A DNA stretch of 64,000 nucleotides from Octopus vulgaris (lineage: Eukaryota), in assembly GCA_951406725.2 (NCBI GenBank), contig OX597814.1, positions 48,856,001-48,920,000 on the forward strand, written 5' to 3'. Below the pieces are notes generated by a model, which did no database searches, was not told the DNA's origin, and was given only the letters and a program-made list of their open reading frames with translations. A program made the translations under genes and the position numbers. Positions 28,413 to 40,282 of the stretch are shown here, piece after piece (the stretch's first letter is position 1; each line of letters opens with the position of its first letter).

Positions 28413-29250
28413 GTTTCTTTATTGGCCACACAGGGCTGAACACATAGGGGACAAAATACAAAGTAGAGCTTTTCTTTTGGGGAATAAGAAGAGAAGAAAG
28501 AAAAAAGTGGGTCGAATTTCGATCAAACGGGATTGTTGGGAAAAAAAGGGCCGATCAATAGGGATCGTGTACCACAGAAATGTCGATGTAAAAAAGGGAA
28601 ACAGATTAGGTTTATCCGTAGAAAGAAAAACCTACGGAAAAGACCACGGTAACCTTGGGCAATAACGTCATATAAAAAACACATTTAGTAAGTGACTCTC
28701 TTTTTTCCCTTCTTTTTTTTATTTTGGTTCATAGGATTATGCTCAAGCTGACTCCGTCATTTACACGTGCCATCCTTGCTACATTCGCCCATCTTTTTTT
28801 CAAACATTCACTAGACAAAACTTCCCTCTCTACTCTCACCTTCCTCTTCAAGTGATACTTGAAGCTGATGAGAGATTGACCAGAGAGGAAAGTGTTTGTC
28901 TCTAGACCTTGCAGACGCGTCCACCATACATATTCTTTGGTCATAGCCACAAGTACGATGAAAATGGCTTTCCCTTCCCGTTTCAAGGAAGGAAGCGCGA
29001 CAATATTCACGATAGACTCGGTTGATAAACCGACTCGTCCCACACGCGATACCAGTCGTTTGACATAGGGTCACAGGTCGGAAATGGTTGGACACTGTAC
29101 GAGTGCGTACAGGACGGTTTCGTCGCTCTAACCGCATCTCGGGTAGGTCAGCCCGTGTTTCTCGAGCCATGCCTGTAGAGCCTATCCCGAACGGGTAGCG
29201 CTTCTCGATAGCACTGCCAGGCCAGGGATTTCTGGAAGTTGTCCATATCT
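28413..29250 (-). mobile_element. 5'-truncated L1/Tx1-like LINE 3' end
   Basis: FQKSLAWQCYREALPVRDRLYRHG...PRCG*SDETVLYALVQC (decayed zf-RVT), ORF2 C-terminus, and a T-rich 3' UTR ending aataaagaaa. Confidence 0.8.
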
Positions 29251-29649
29251 GAGAAAGAAGGATAGAACCATTTTACTACTGATTAGGAAAGATATCTAAT
29301 GTAGCTAGTTAGCAAAGTAATTCGTGATTCTGTCTTTATTCTCCTAATTTATGAATATTGTACCAATATTTAATGTCTGTTCATGCAAAGCATAGAATAA
29401 TACAGAAGATTGACTTGGCTATAGAGTGTAAAAGAATATACATTTTCATAGGACTTTGAACTCTATTTTATAATTCTTTAATTTATATTATTTTGTAACT
29501 CACACGCCCTTGTGAGAAAATGTGTTTATTTACAAATATGTTGATAGGTATACAATTGAAAAAGAAAATGAAAGGAGCAAGAAAAAAGAAAAATATTTTG
29601 TAATGAAATTTCAATGAATCGACCGCACCAAATTGAAAAAAAAACCTCT

Positions 29650-29661
29650 TTCTCTCACACA

Positions 29662-29692
<31 letters not shown>

Positions 29693-29715
29693 TCTCTCTC
29701 TCTCACACACACACA

Positions 29716-29752
<37 letters not shown>

Positions 29753-29769
29753 TCTCTCTCTCACACACA

Positions 29770-29866
<97 letters not shown>

Positions 29867-29930
29867 TCATACTCTCTCTCTCTCTCACACACACACACGC
29901 GCACACACACTCTCTCTCTTTCTCTCTATC
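29650..29930. repeat. Alternating (CT)n(CA)n compound repeat
   Basis: Direct inspection. Confidence 0.95.
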
Positions 29931-30164
29931 TACCTATCTATCCTTTCCCCATCCTTTATTATTATTTTTCTCCTCTTTCTTGATTGTCCTGAAACCTCTC
30001 TCTCTCTATCTATTCCCCACCACGCTTTTCTTTTCTTTCTCTCTCACTTTTCCAGAATAATAATAATGATAATAAACTATATGTTTGATTTACTTGTTTC
30101 GAAGCTAAGTTAATTTCAATAAATCGGGAACTTATATTGTATGGTTTTAACTTTTATCGTTTGT

Positions 30165-30368
30165 ATTTTGCTTGTTTCGGTCATTGGAGAAGGGGGCACT
30201 GCCTTGAAAGCTTTTAGTTGAACAAATCGACTCGGTACTTATTTTTAAGCCTGGTATATATTCTGTCGTCTATTTTACCGGACAACTGGGTTATGGGGAT
30301 GTAAACAAACCAACATCGGTTGCGAAGCGGTGGTAGGGGACAAACACAAACATACGGACACACAGACG

Positions 30369-30426
<58 letters not shown>

Positions 30427-30597
30427 ACGGGCTTCTTTCAGTTTCCGTCTACCGAATCCACTCACCAGGCTTTGGTCGGCCTGGGGCTATAGTAGACTAG
30501 AAGACACTTGCCCAAGGTGTGACAAACAGTAGAACTGAACTCGGAACCATGTAGTTGGGAAGCAAATTTCTTACTACACAGCCATACCTGCGCCTAT
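30165..30597 (-). mobile_element. SINE family B
   Basis: Reverse complement of the family sequence. Confidence 0.85.
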
Positions 30598-32286
30598 AAG
30601 CCATGTTATTTCTTCATCGTTGTCAAAGTGCATGTCACTGGTCATTCATTCTAAGTTATTTCCCATAGGTAATTTTCCATTTAATTTAGCAACTAGTCTT
30701 TAAATGTTCTTTACTCTTTTTATATACATTTAAGTCTTACAACTGGGTCGAATCAATGTAAACTAATTGCTGAGCTGATAACGCCTGTTGAAGAGGAAAC
30801 ATATCTTCATAGCTGTTTCTTGTTACTGTTTTCGAGTGGATTTTGCCTGAATATGGTCTATGATGTCTCTGTGTAGCAACAGTACTATCTCAGATGTGGG
30901 TGAAGAACTGCATTGTGGATCCTTAAGGAGGGTTTGTAGTTATAGGGAGATGGGGCTGAAGAATTTTATAGATTTGAAAAGAAAGGTGAGCCTTTCAGAC
31001 ACAGTCTTTGCAATGTTAATGATAAGCGTTCACCAGGTGAAATCCTTTGCAATATTAAGACGTAGATTTTGGTGTAAACACAACGGGTCTTCCTGCGTTC
31101 TGCTCATATTTAATAGGTTTGAGATGTGATTGTGTTTGTAGGGATTATGATCTATCTTTACTTTCATTTGATATTTCGCTTACGATTTATCTATTTTTTG
31201 TATTTTGCTGTTGAAAGAGACAAAATTATATCGACAAGTTTCTGCACAGTTTCCATTTAGGAAATTTTACTTAGAGGTTATTGGTGAATCTGAAGCTATC
31301 ATAGAAGACAGTTACCCAAAGTGTCATTCAGTGGGATTGAAACCAGAATTATGTGGTTACGAAGCAAACTTCCTAACCATACTGATATAGACATATCTAC
31401 ACTTGATACACAAGTAGTGAGCGTGTCTGTAAATATGTGAGTTTATATTTGTGCATATACTTTGGGGCAATCTTAAACTGGAAATAGATTTGAAAAACAT
31501 CGATTAAAACATTGGCAAATATATGCAAATATTGTGGAACAAAACTATCCATTTCGGTATACAATCGCGAACGGTAGATAAAATTCAGTTATCATGGAAA
31601 CGTAGCACATCTAAAGTTAAAATATGTGTGCGTGTGTGAGCGTATATGAACATCTTGAAATGTTGAGTTTAATAAGCACAGATAGTAAATTCAATTTCAA
31701 TGAAGATAGAACATCCATTTTGTACGAGAAGAGAAAGATTCTAACCATTCCTAATTATTTTATAGCGTGGTAATTAATAATCGACTTCCCTCTTGGTCAA
31801 GTAACTGAAAACATATACTTTAGAAATGTCTCGTTTTAAATTATTTGCGAATACGTAATTTTTATGTTGTGTCAAGCCAAATAAACTTTCAATCTGTTAG
31901 AGTTTTTACTTCAGCTGCTAGAAATCACAGATATGTAGAATAGATCGGCTGAACCGACCAAATCAAATCTTAGTCAAGACTCTTCTTCCACGGTCCCCGC
32001 ACACACTGGATGATGCTTATAAGATTCTCAGGGGAAATATTATGCTATGAAATTAGCATTTCTGTTTCTCATATTTCTGTAGTTTCTCGTTGTTAAGGAG
32101 ATGAATATAAATACAATGTTAACATACGTTTATTACCATAGCGAAGCTCGAGGCTCAGCACCAGTCAGATATTATATTTTAAAAGCCAATCTTCTTGCAT
32201 TGTATATGACATTATTGGTTCATTTAAACGCTGTATAAAAAATTCTCAACTTAACTGTCAATTTTATAAATATGAAATAATTATAT

Positions 32287-32453
32287 AGGCGTAGAAGTGG
32301 CTGTGTGATAAGTGGCTTGCTTACGAACCACATGGTTCCGGGTTCAGTCCCACTGCTTGGCACCTTGGGTAAGAGTCTTCTACTATAGCCTCGGGCCGAC
32401 CAAAGCCTTGTGAGTGGATTTGGTAGACGGAAACTGGAAAGAAGCCCGTTGTA

Positions 32454-32524
<71 letters not shown>

Positions 32525-32740
32525 GTGTACATGTTTATGTGTCTGTGTTTGTCCCCCCCCCCAACATCGCTTGACAACCGATGCTGATGTGTTTACGTCC
32601 CCGTAACTTAGCGGTTCAGTAAAAGAGACCGATAGAATAAGTACTAGGCTTACACAGAATAAGTCCTGCAGTCGATTTGCTCGACTAAAGGCGGTGCTCC
32701 AGCATGGCTACAGTCAAATGACTGAAACAAGTAAAAGAGT
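32287..32740 (+). mobile_element. SINE family B (tRNA-like head, internal microsatellite), full length
   Basis: gtggctgtgtg..ggttccgggttcagtccc..caccttggg..(TA)n..gactgaaacaagtaaaagag. Confidence 0.9.
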
Positions 32741-33800
32741 ATATATTTTAAGTGAAAATTCTGCTTGATTATACTTTGTATGTGATAAATACAAACTATA
32801 TCATATTAAACTGAGTTAATGAAATAGTTAATTCAGAATTTCATAGATCTCTACAGACTTATGAAAATAAAGCTTTTAACATTTAATACAGATAGTGTAC
32901 ATAACATTAGAAAGATTAATCATTTTCGTGAAGCTGATCAAATTGTCCATTTCTCATGTCAACAAATATTTTTAATGCTATGAATTTAGATGATTATGGT
33001 TAAGTGTAAAGCAGATGTCATTGGATATCAATATTCTGCATTTTCATTCAAGATATTTCTAAAATAATGTTTTCTTCAGAAGCGACACAATTTCTTCAAA
33101 AGCTGTACAATTATTGCACAAATGCATTGATCCCAGATCAGAGACAATTTAAGTAGCTTGACAAATGAAAGAAAATAAAGTCTAATGAAATAAATTATTA
33201 AAACAGACTTATACGATCAGTCAACAAGTTATTCTTGAGATGCGAAGTATTTACCATATTAGATGTCTCAAATTGTTTGAGAACCGAGAATATCAAGTAG
33301 ATTAATTTTTCTGCTAATGCAAGTATAATATAACTAACAAGCCCGTTCTTATGAATTTCGAGTATGCACCATTGCAGCAGTTAAGTAAATATGTACATTT
33401 GATCTAAAGTCTGGGTTAAGAAATAAGTGGCCCTGCTATTACACTCATAACAGTTAGTTAATTACTCTGAAACCGCAGACTGTTTAGTTCACTTCTTGCA
33501 TTTCTTGAAGTTAAAACAATCATTTTGCGATTGAAGGGAACGAAATTCAGCGCAATGTACCCAGCTGCAAATATTAAGATAACAAGCAATATAATACCGA
33601 ATTACTTAGATTGTTTCTTCTTAATTAAGATATTTATGAGAGCGCAAGAGAATCTGCATGTAGACTGTGTATATATGTATACACACGCGCGGGCGCACGA
33701 ACACACACACACAATTAGTATGTATGTTTGTTCGCTGTCTTGCTAATAGGATAGTTTTTAAGAAGGCTATCGAACAACAATTACAGAGTTGTAGTATAAG

Positions 33801-33977
33801 CGGTAGCGTAGCTGGAGAGTGTGCCACTCGGAGCAGTCCTTGAGTTTACAGTCCCCATCCGCGGCCCAATAAAGCTTTTACGACCTTATATAGTAGACCC
33901 AAAAGTGCCGTCCCCATAAAAGCTTCGCCCAGGGCAGACCACCTTCCGTCGTTCGCCGTTTTCCACCTACGCTATTG
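33801..33977. mobile_element. Small MITE
   Basis: 16-bp imperfect TIRs cggtagcgtagctgga and tccacctacgctattg (13/16); GC-rich interior; no clear TSD. Confidence 0.5.
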
Positions 33978-34049
33978 TATGGGGATGAAAGGATGAATTC
34001 GTTTAAGGTCTAATGCAGCATATTTCATGGGTTGGAAGTTATTTTTCAA

Positions 34050-34374
<325 letters not shown>

Positions 34375-34530
34375 ACATAAGGGACTAAAGCCATCTGAAT
34401 ATGGCTAGGGACAGGGCAGGGTGGTGGGGGTGTTACTGTTGCATTTAGCCCCAGGCGAACATCGACGTCACCAGAAAGGCTCGACACCGTCACGGTGCCC
34501 TAAACCTGCAAAGGGAGGTAATTCCCCGAT

Positions 34531-34604
34531 GAAGCGGAAACCACACACGGACCATGGTTTCAAGGTGTATTGCCTATCATCGGCGTGTGGTAGGCCTCCG
34601 CTTC
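34531..34604 (-). ncRNA. Type I hammerhead ribozyme, unit 1 (predicted cut GUC| between 34550 and 34549)
   Basis: Minus strand reads gaagcgga..accacacg CCGAUGA u agg caauaca ccu u GAAA ccaugg UC cgugugugguu uccgcuuc. Stems I, II and III form; stem III ACCAUGGU is palindromic. Confidence 0.8.
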
Positions 34605-34889
34605 CTCGACGAATTCTCACTATGCAGGATTTCTTATATAGATTTTCAAGCAAAATACATTTGCTGATTTCGAAAATCTGTTCGAAAGCAATAATAATTC
34701 TCTAAAAGGGATATAGACAGTAACTGCTCGATAACATAAGGGACTAAAGCCATCTGAATATGGCTAGGGACAGGGCAGGGTGGTGGGGGTGTTACTGTTG
34801 CATTTAGCCCCAGGCGAACATCGACGTCACCAGAAAGGCTCGACACCGTCACGGTGCCCTAAACCTGCAAAGGGAGGTAATTCCCCGAT

Positions 34890-34963
34890 GAAGCGGAAAC
34901 CACACACGGACCATGGTTTCAAGGTGTATTGCCTATCATCGGCGTGTGGTAGGCCTCCGCTTC
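34890..34963 (-). ncRNA. Type I hammerhead ribozyme, unit 2
   Basis: Same motif as unit 1. Confidence 0.8.
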
Positions 34964-35248
34964 CTCGACGAATTCTCACTATGCAGGATTTCTTATATAG
35001 ATTTTCAAGCAAAATACATTTGTTGATTTCGAAAATCTGTTCGAAAGCAATAATAATTCTCTAAAAGGGATATAGACAGTAACTGCTCGATAACATAAGG
35101 GACTAAAGCCATCTGAATATGGCTAGGGACAGGGCAGGGTGGTGGGGGTGTTACTGTTGCATTTAGCCCCAGGCGAACATCGACGTCACCAGAAAGGCTC
35201 GACACCGTCACGGTGCCCTAAACCTGCAAAGGGAGGTAATTCCCCGAT

Positions 35249-35322
35249 GAAGCGGAAACCACACACGGACCATGGTTTCAAGGTGTATTGCCTATCATCG
35301 GCGTGTGGTAGGCCTCCGCTTC
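35249..35322 (-). ncRNA. Type I hammerhead ribozyme, unit 3
   Basis: Same motif as unit 1. Confidence 0.8.
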
Positions 35323-35606
35323 CTCGACGAATTCTCACTATGCAGGATTTCTTATATAGATTTTCAAGCAAAATACATTTGCTGATTTCGAAAATCTGTT
35401 CGAAAGCAATAATAATTCTCTAAAAGGGATATAGACAGTAACTGCTCGATAACATAAGGGACTAAAGCCATCTGAATATGGCTAGGGACAGGGCAGGGTG
35501 GTGGGGGTGTTACTGTTGCATTTAGCCCCAGGCGAACATCGACGTCACCAGAAAGGCTCGACACCGTCACGGTGCCCTAAACCTGCAAAGGAGGTAATTC
35601 CCCGAT

Positions 35607-35680
35607 GAAGCGGAAACCACACACGGACCATGGTTTCAAGGTGTATTGCCTATCATCGGCGTGTGGTAGGCCTCCGCTTC
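35607..35680 (-). ncRNA. Type I hammerhead ribozyme, unit 4
   Basis: Same motif as unit 1. Confidence 0.8.
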
Positions 35681-35965
35681 CTCGACGAATTCTCACTATG
35701 CAGGATTTCTTATATAGATTTTCAAGCAAAATACATTTGTTGATTTCGAAAATCTGTTCGAAAGCAATAATAATTCTCTAAAAGGGATATAGACAGTAAC
35801 TGCTCGATAACATAAGGGACTAAAGCCATCTGAATATGGCTAGGGACAGGGCAGGGTGGTGGGGGTGTTACTGTTGCATTTAGCCCCAGGCGAACATCGA
35901 CGTCACCAGAAAGGCTCGACACCGTCACGGTGCCCTAAACCTGCAAAGGGAGGTAATTCCCCGAT

Positions 35966-36039
35966 GAAGCGGAAACCACACACGGACCATGGTTTCAAGG
36001 TGTATTGCCTATCATCGGCGTGTGGTAGGCCTCCGCTTC
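35966..36039 (-). ncRNA. Type I hammerhead ribozyme, unit 5
   Basis: Same motif as unit 1. Confidence 0.8.
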
Positions 36040-36382
36040 CTCGACGAATTCTCACTATGCAGGGTGCGTGTGTATGTGTTAAAGAAAAGAACATTTGCTG
36101 ATTTCGAAAATCTGTTCGAAAGCAATAATAATTCTCTAAAAGGGATATAGACAGTAACTGCTCGATAACATAAGGGACTAAAGCCATCTGAATATGGCTA
36201 GGGACAGGGCAGGGTGGTGGGGGTGTTACTGTTGCATTTAGCCCCAGGCGAACATCCATAAAGAGGCATACTCTAAAACATTAAGAACAGTCTGACAAGT
36301 CGCCTACAGCCAAACGCTTTATAGGTGCGAAACCAACTTTCACTTTCAGACTGGCCATAACAAACAACTACATACATACAGT

Positions 36383-36669
36383 GGAGGCGCAATGGCCCAG
36401 TGGTTAGGGCAGCGGACTCGCGGTTGTAGGATCGCGGTTTCGATTCCCAGACCGGGCGATGTGAGTGTTTATTGAGCGAAAACACCTAAAGCTCCACAAG
36501 GCTCCGGCAGTGGGTGGCGATTCCTGCTGTACTCTTTCGCCACAACTTTCTCTCACTCTTTTTTTCTGTTGGCCTGCTCACTTAGCCAGCGGGGTGGCGT
36601 CATTTGAAGGCTAAAACAATGTGACCAGCGATGTGTAGCAACATCTGATAGCCTAGTCGGTCATGTGAT

Positions 36670-36675
<6 letters not shown>
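36383..36675 (+). mobile_element. SINE family C (tRNA-Arg-like head)
   Basis: ggaggcgcaatggcccagtggttagggcagcggacTCGcgg..ggtttcgattccc; A and B boxes present. Confidence 0.85.
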
Positions 36676-36729
<54 letters not shown>

Positions 36730-37066
36730 GTACGTACGTGTGTATGTATGTATGTGTGCATGTGAGATCCAGATGCGCAATCCGTCCTAGTAGCATAAAA
36801 CTCTTACTGACTTTACTTTGCACCGTATGAAAACGCTAATCCTTTTATTATAGCCTTGAAAGGTTCACGAAGTACGCTGCATTGCTATGTGGCTATTGTG
36901 TGAAAGTCAATACTCTAGTTCTCACTTATTTGTTGATGTGTTTTCAGTGCATCAACAATTTTGTTTGTTGGCTTTAAAAGTATTAAGTTACATTTGTTAA
37001 TAACAACCACCAAAGACATCAGCGTGATTAATTTGGAGAATAATTTTTAAAAAAAGTTTTTATAAA

Positions 37067-37200
37067 AGGCACAGAAGTGGCTGTGTGGCAATAAGCTTGC
37101 TTGGATAAGTGTCTTCTATAATAGCCTTGGGCCAACCAAAGCTTTGTGAATGGATTTGGGAGGCGGAAACTGAAAGAAGCCCGTCGTATATATGTGTGTG

Positions 37201-37285
<85 letters not shown>

Positions 37286-37445
37286 TCACAGTTTGACAAC
37301 CGGTATGTTTACGTCACCGTAACTTATCGGATCGAAAAAAGGACCGATAGAATAAGTACATGGCTTTAAAAAAAGTACTGTTGTCGATTCATCAAGGCGG
37401 TGCCCCAGTATGGCCGCAGTCTACTAATTGAAACAAGTAATAGAA
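37067..37445 (+). mobile_element. SINE family B with a head deletion
   Basis: Homology; internal (TG)n. Confidence 0.82.
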
Positions 37446-38484
37446 AAGAAAAAACTATATTTATTTCTGTTCAGTTCTACATCAGCTTTGATCGAGGAAT
37501 GACTAAATAGTTCCATCCCAGGCCGTTTCATCTTATATTCAGGAATAGTGTATCTAGGTTTACATTATTCAACACGCCAGCACTTTTTTAAAGCTCATAA
37601 GATGTGATCTGAAGGAGAATTGGCAGTTGTTTCTTGCATGTGAAGCAACTCCGTATGTGAGTATGAATTGTTTTTAACTGCTACTCCTGTTGCTGTTGTT
37701 GTTGGAGGTGGGGTTTAACCCCGAGTTAACCCTGATCAAAGCAGACCTATGATCAAAGCATTCTAGCCGTGACTTTTTCCTCTGTACAGGAAATTCATGA
37801 CCACAGTATTCAGCATGCTATTTCCTAATTTCTTAGTGGGCGATTTGAGGGAGATTGGCTGCTATTTCTATCATGCAAAGGCTCCTTCGTTAGCCATCTT
37901 ATCACAAGTGTAGGAGAGAAAATGTAAAATGCAAGGTACATATCGACAGAGAGAGGAAGAGAGAGGCAGAGAGACAGAGACAGATAGGCAGGATGGCAGA
38001 ACCCATTAGTTTGAGCACCAAATATCCTACTTGTATGTTGCGTATGTGAGTAGAAATTTAGTCGCTGGTGAGTTAGATTTTTGGGGCTTGAGAGAAAGAG
38101 CAGGTACAATCCCAAGTGACAGCAAACATTCCACATCGCTTATATTCAGTTTTTTTTGTAGATGAGAAATAAAGTGATGCAAAGCACCAGTGTTTCATAT
38201 ATGGATTTGTAGTAGATGAGTCATAAATTATGAAGAATTTCTTGTGTCTGTTCGTACTTATATGTGTACGAGCGTGCGTGTGTGTCGGAGAAGAGACGTA
38301 TCCATTTCTATTGGCCTTCAATATTTGACATCTGGCTTGACTTCAAGGAAGATAAGTATGTTTTTCGTTTATAGGTTTATCTTTCTGTCCCTCTATATTA
38401 GTAGTTCTTGTTTTTTTTTTTTTTTGGGGGGGGGCTCGGAATACGTAAGTATAAGTCATTTTAGTAATTATTATACTGTATCAG

Positions 38485-38519
38485 GAAGTTGAATCACAGA
38501 ACGCATCCACTGAGCCATG
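38485..38519 (+). CDS. Candidate alpha-tubulin start exon (5' UTR plus ATG at 38517-38519)
   Basis: Exon 2 starts at Arg2, so the ATG must end an upstream exon. gagccATG|gtaaat has a good Kozak context and a GT donor; a possible acceptor (atcag|) ends at 38484. Best of several ATG|GT candidates, not proven. Confidence 0.45.
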
Positions 38520-39428
38520 GTAAATTTTCTTCTGATTAAAATCTTTAATTATTTTGTTAAATATTTCCCAGCTATAAAAATTGACAACACCCATTCTTAC
38601 ATAATTAATTCTTCGAACTAAGACGCGAGTACAACTATTAAAATTTACAGAGTAGGTCGGAAAAGAACTGAAAAATGTGGTATCTGCAAAACATTTTTAG
38701 TAGGCCAGTGCGGCGGAAGTTTATAGGTTCACTGCTACGTTTAACTGTTAACAGCCATCCAATTAGATAAACTGGGTCAGATGAGAAAGCTATCAGAGAT
38801 TGAGGCCACTTTCTAGTTTCACAGAGACAAATGGTTAAAAGGTAAGGCCAAATAGATATCCCGAGAGGTTAATATAGAAAAAGAAAACATGATCCATAAC
38901 TACCGAATCAACTTCAATCAGAACATCTGTAATAAATTCACACTCTGAACATCTAATTACATTGCTCTAGCTCCATCTTCTTTTCTCGTCTTTTCCATAT
39001 GCTTACGTTTGTATGTTGAAGGTTGGTGTATGTATGTTTGTATATTGTGTTTGAGTATATCAGATGAGTGTGTGTGACAGAGAGTGTATGCGTACAATAA
39101 GCTACTATTTTATGTCGGTTGTTTTCCCCTTAACTATAGTTTTTCTTCGCGCTAATGGCAGTTTTCATAACATTTTATATTGTTATTAGCTTAGCCAACT
39201 TTATAGCTACTGACCGTGTGACTTTAACTCATTTTGAGTAATTTAAATTATAATATTATTGCAATTAAAATGTGTAGCATAGCTCTATTGTACATGTGTG
39301 GCAAGTCTTGTGGCTTTTTATTCCTTAATTTAACTTTAAATATATACACCATTTCCAAAATACTTATTCAAAAACCCAAGACCATGAAAACGTCATTGGA
39401 CCTCACTTTAATACATGAAACTAATATT

Positions 39429-39637
39429 GGTTTCAAATTTTGGCACAAGGTCAGCAAGTTCAAGTGGAGTGGGGAAGGTCGATTACACCAACCCCAGTGC
39501 TTAACTGGTAATTATTTTATCGACCCCGAAAGGATGAAAGGCAAAATCGACTTTGATGGCAACGCAGATCGGAAAAACTGACGAAATGCCGTTAGCATTT
39601 TGCCCAGAGAGCTACCGTTTCTGCTAGCTCGCCGTCC
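39429..39637 (-). mobile_element. SINE family A
   Basis: TSD of about 20 bp, taatacatg(g)aaactaatatt. Confidence 0.85.
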
Positions 39638-40077
39638 TAATACATGGAAACTAATATTTATAACATTTTATACTTTTGATAAAGATACAATCCAAAGACA
39701 TCCCCACATTATCGGTAAGCAATCCTACATACGTATTCATAACTTCACAGTGTATAACCACAAGAATCTACAAATATCTTCACTACAAGAATTTGATGTT
39801 GGAGAATTTTAATTAGTGTGGTTCAATAAAGTCATTATCTTATTTCGGAAAAAAAAAAACACAAATCTCACAGTGATGGTCGGTGACGTAAAATAGAACA
39901 ACTTGTCTCATCGCACCACCGCCGTCACTGTATCCAATAAACGCGCTAATACTGATACGAATGTCCCGTTTTGGAGGATAACCGCTTGTTAAAAAGTTAT
40001 GATTTATGTACTTCAGTAAATACTTCTCTAATATTTTACGCTTCTTCCGCGTTGCTCCACAGTCGAATAAAAGGTCA

Positions 40078-40282
40078 TTATTGGTTTCAAATTTTGGTAC
40101 AAAGCCAGCAATTTCGGGGAGGGGTAAGTCGATTACATCGACCTCAAGACTCAACTGGTGTATATTTTATCGACTCCGAAAGGCAAAATTGACCTCAGCG
40201 GAATACAAACGTAGAGACAGACGAAATGCCGTTAAATATTTTTGCCCGGCATGCTAACAATTCTGCCAGCTCGCTTCCTTAA
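40078..40282 (-). mobile_element. SINE family A
   Basis: Homology to the other copies. Confidence 0.82.

Larger units (their letters stand above)
34375..36256 (-). mobile_element. 359-bp tandem array with one hammerhead per unit (non-LTR retrozyme-like)
   Basis: Units start at 34375, 34734, 35093, 35452, 35810 and 36168 (partial). They are near identical and the array abuts a (TA)n tract. Confidence 0.85.

Noticed and set aside
34526-34561. Plus-strand hammerhead-like ccgatga-agcg-gaaacca...tggtt in each unit
   Set aside because: Stem III could pair, but there is no stem II or stem I. Worth including only as a control in cleavage assays.
34375-36256. CRISPR array, or a 5S/snRNA/tRNA gene cluster
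   Set aside because: Eukaryotic context, no unique spacers, and no recognisable 5S, snRNA or cloverleaf sequence.
34421-36259. Repeated 94/68/61-aa ORFs in the array
   Set aside because: They repeat only because the DNA repeats, have no recognisable domain, and the 94- and 61-aa ORFs are broken by the 1-bp deletion in unit 4.
36383-36455. tRNA-Arg(TCG) gene (also at 59422)
   Set aside because: The acceptor stem is incomplete and it continues into a SINE body, so it is a SINE head.
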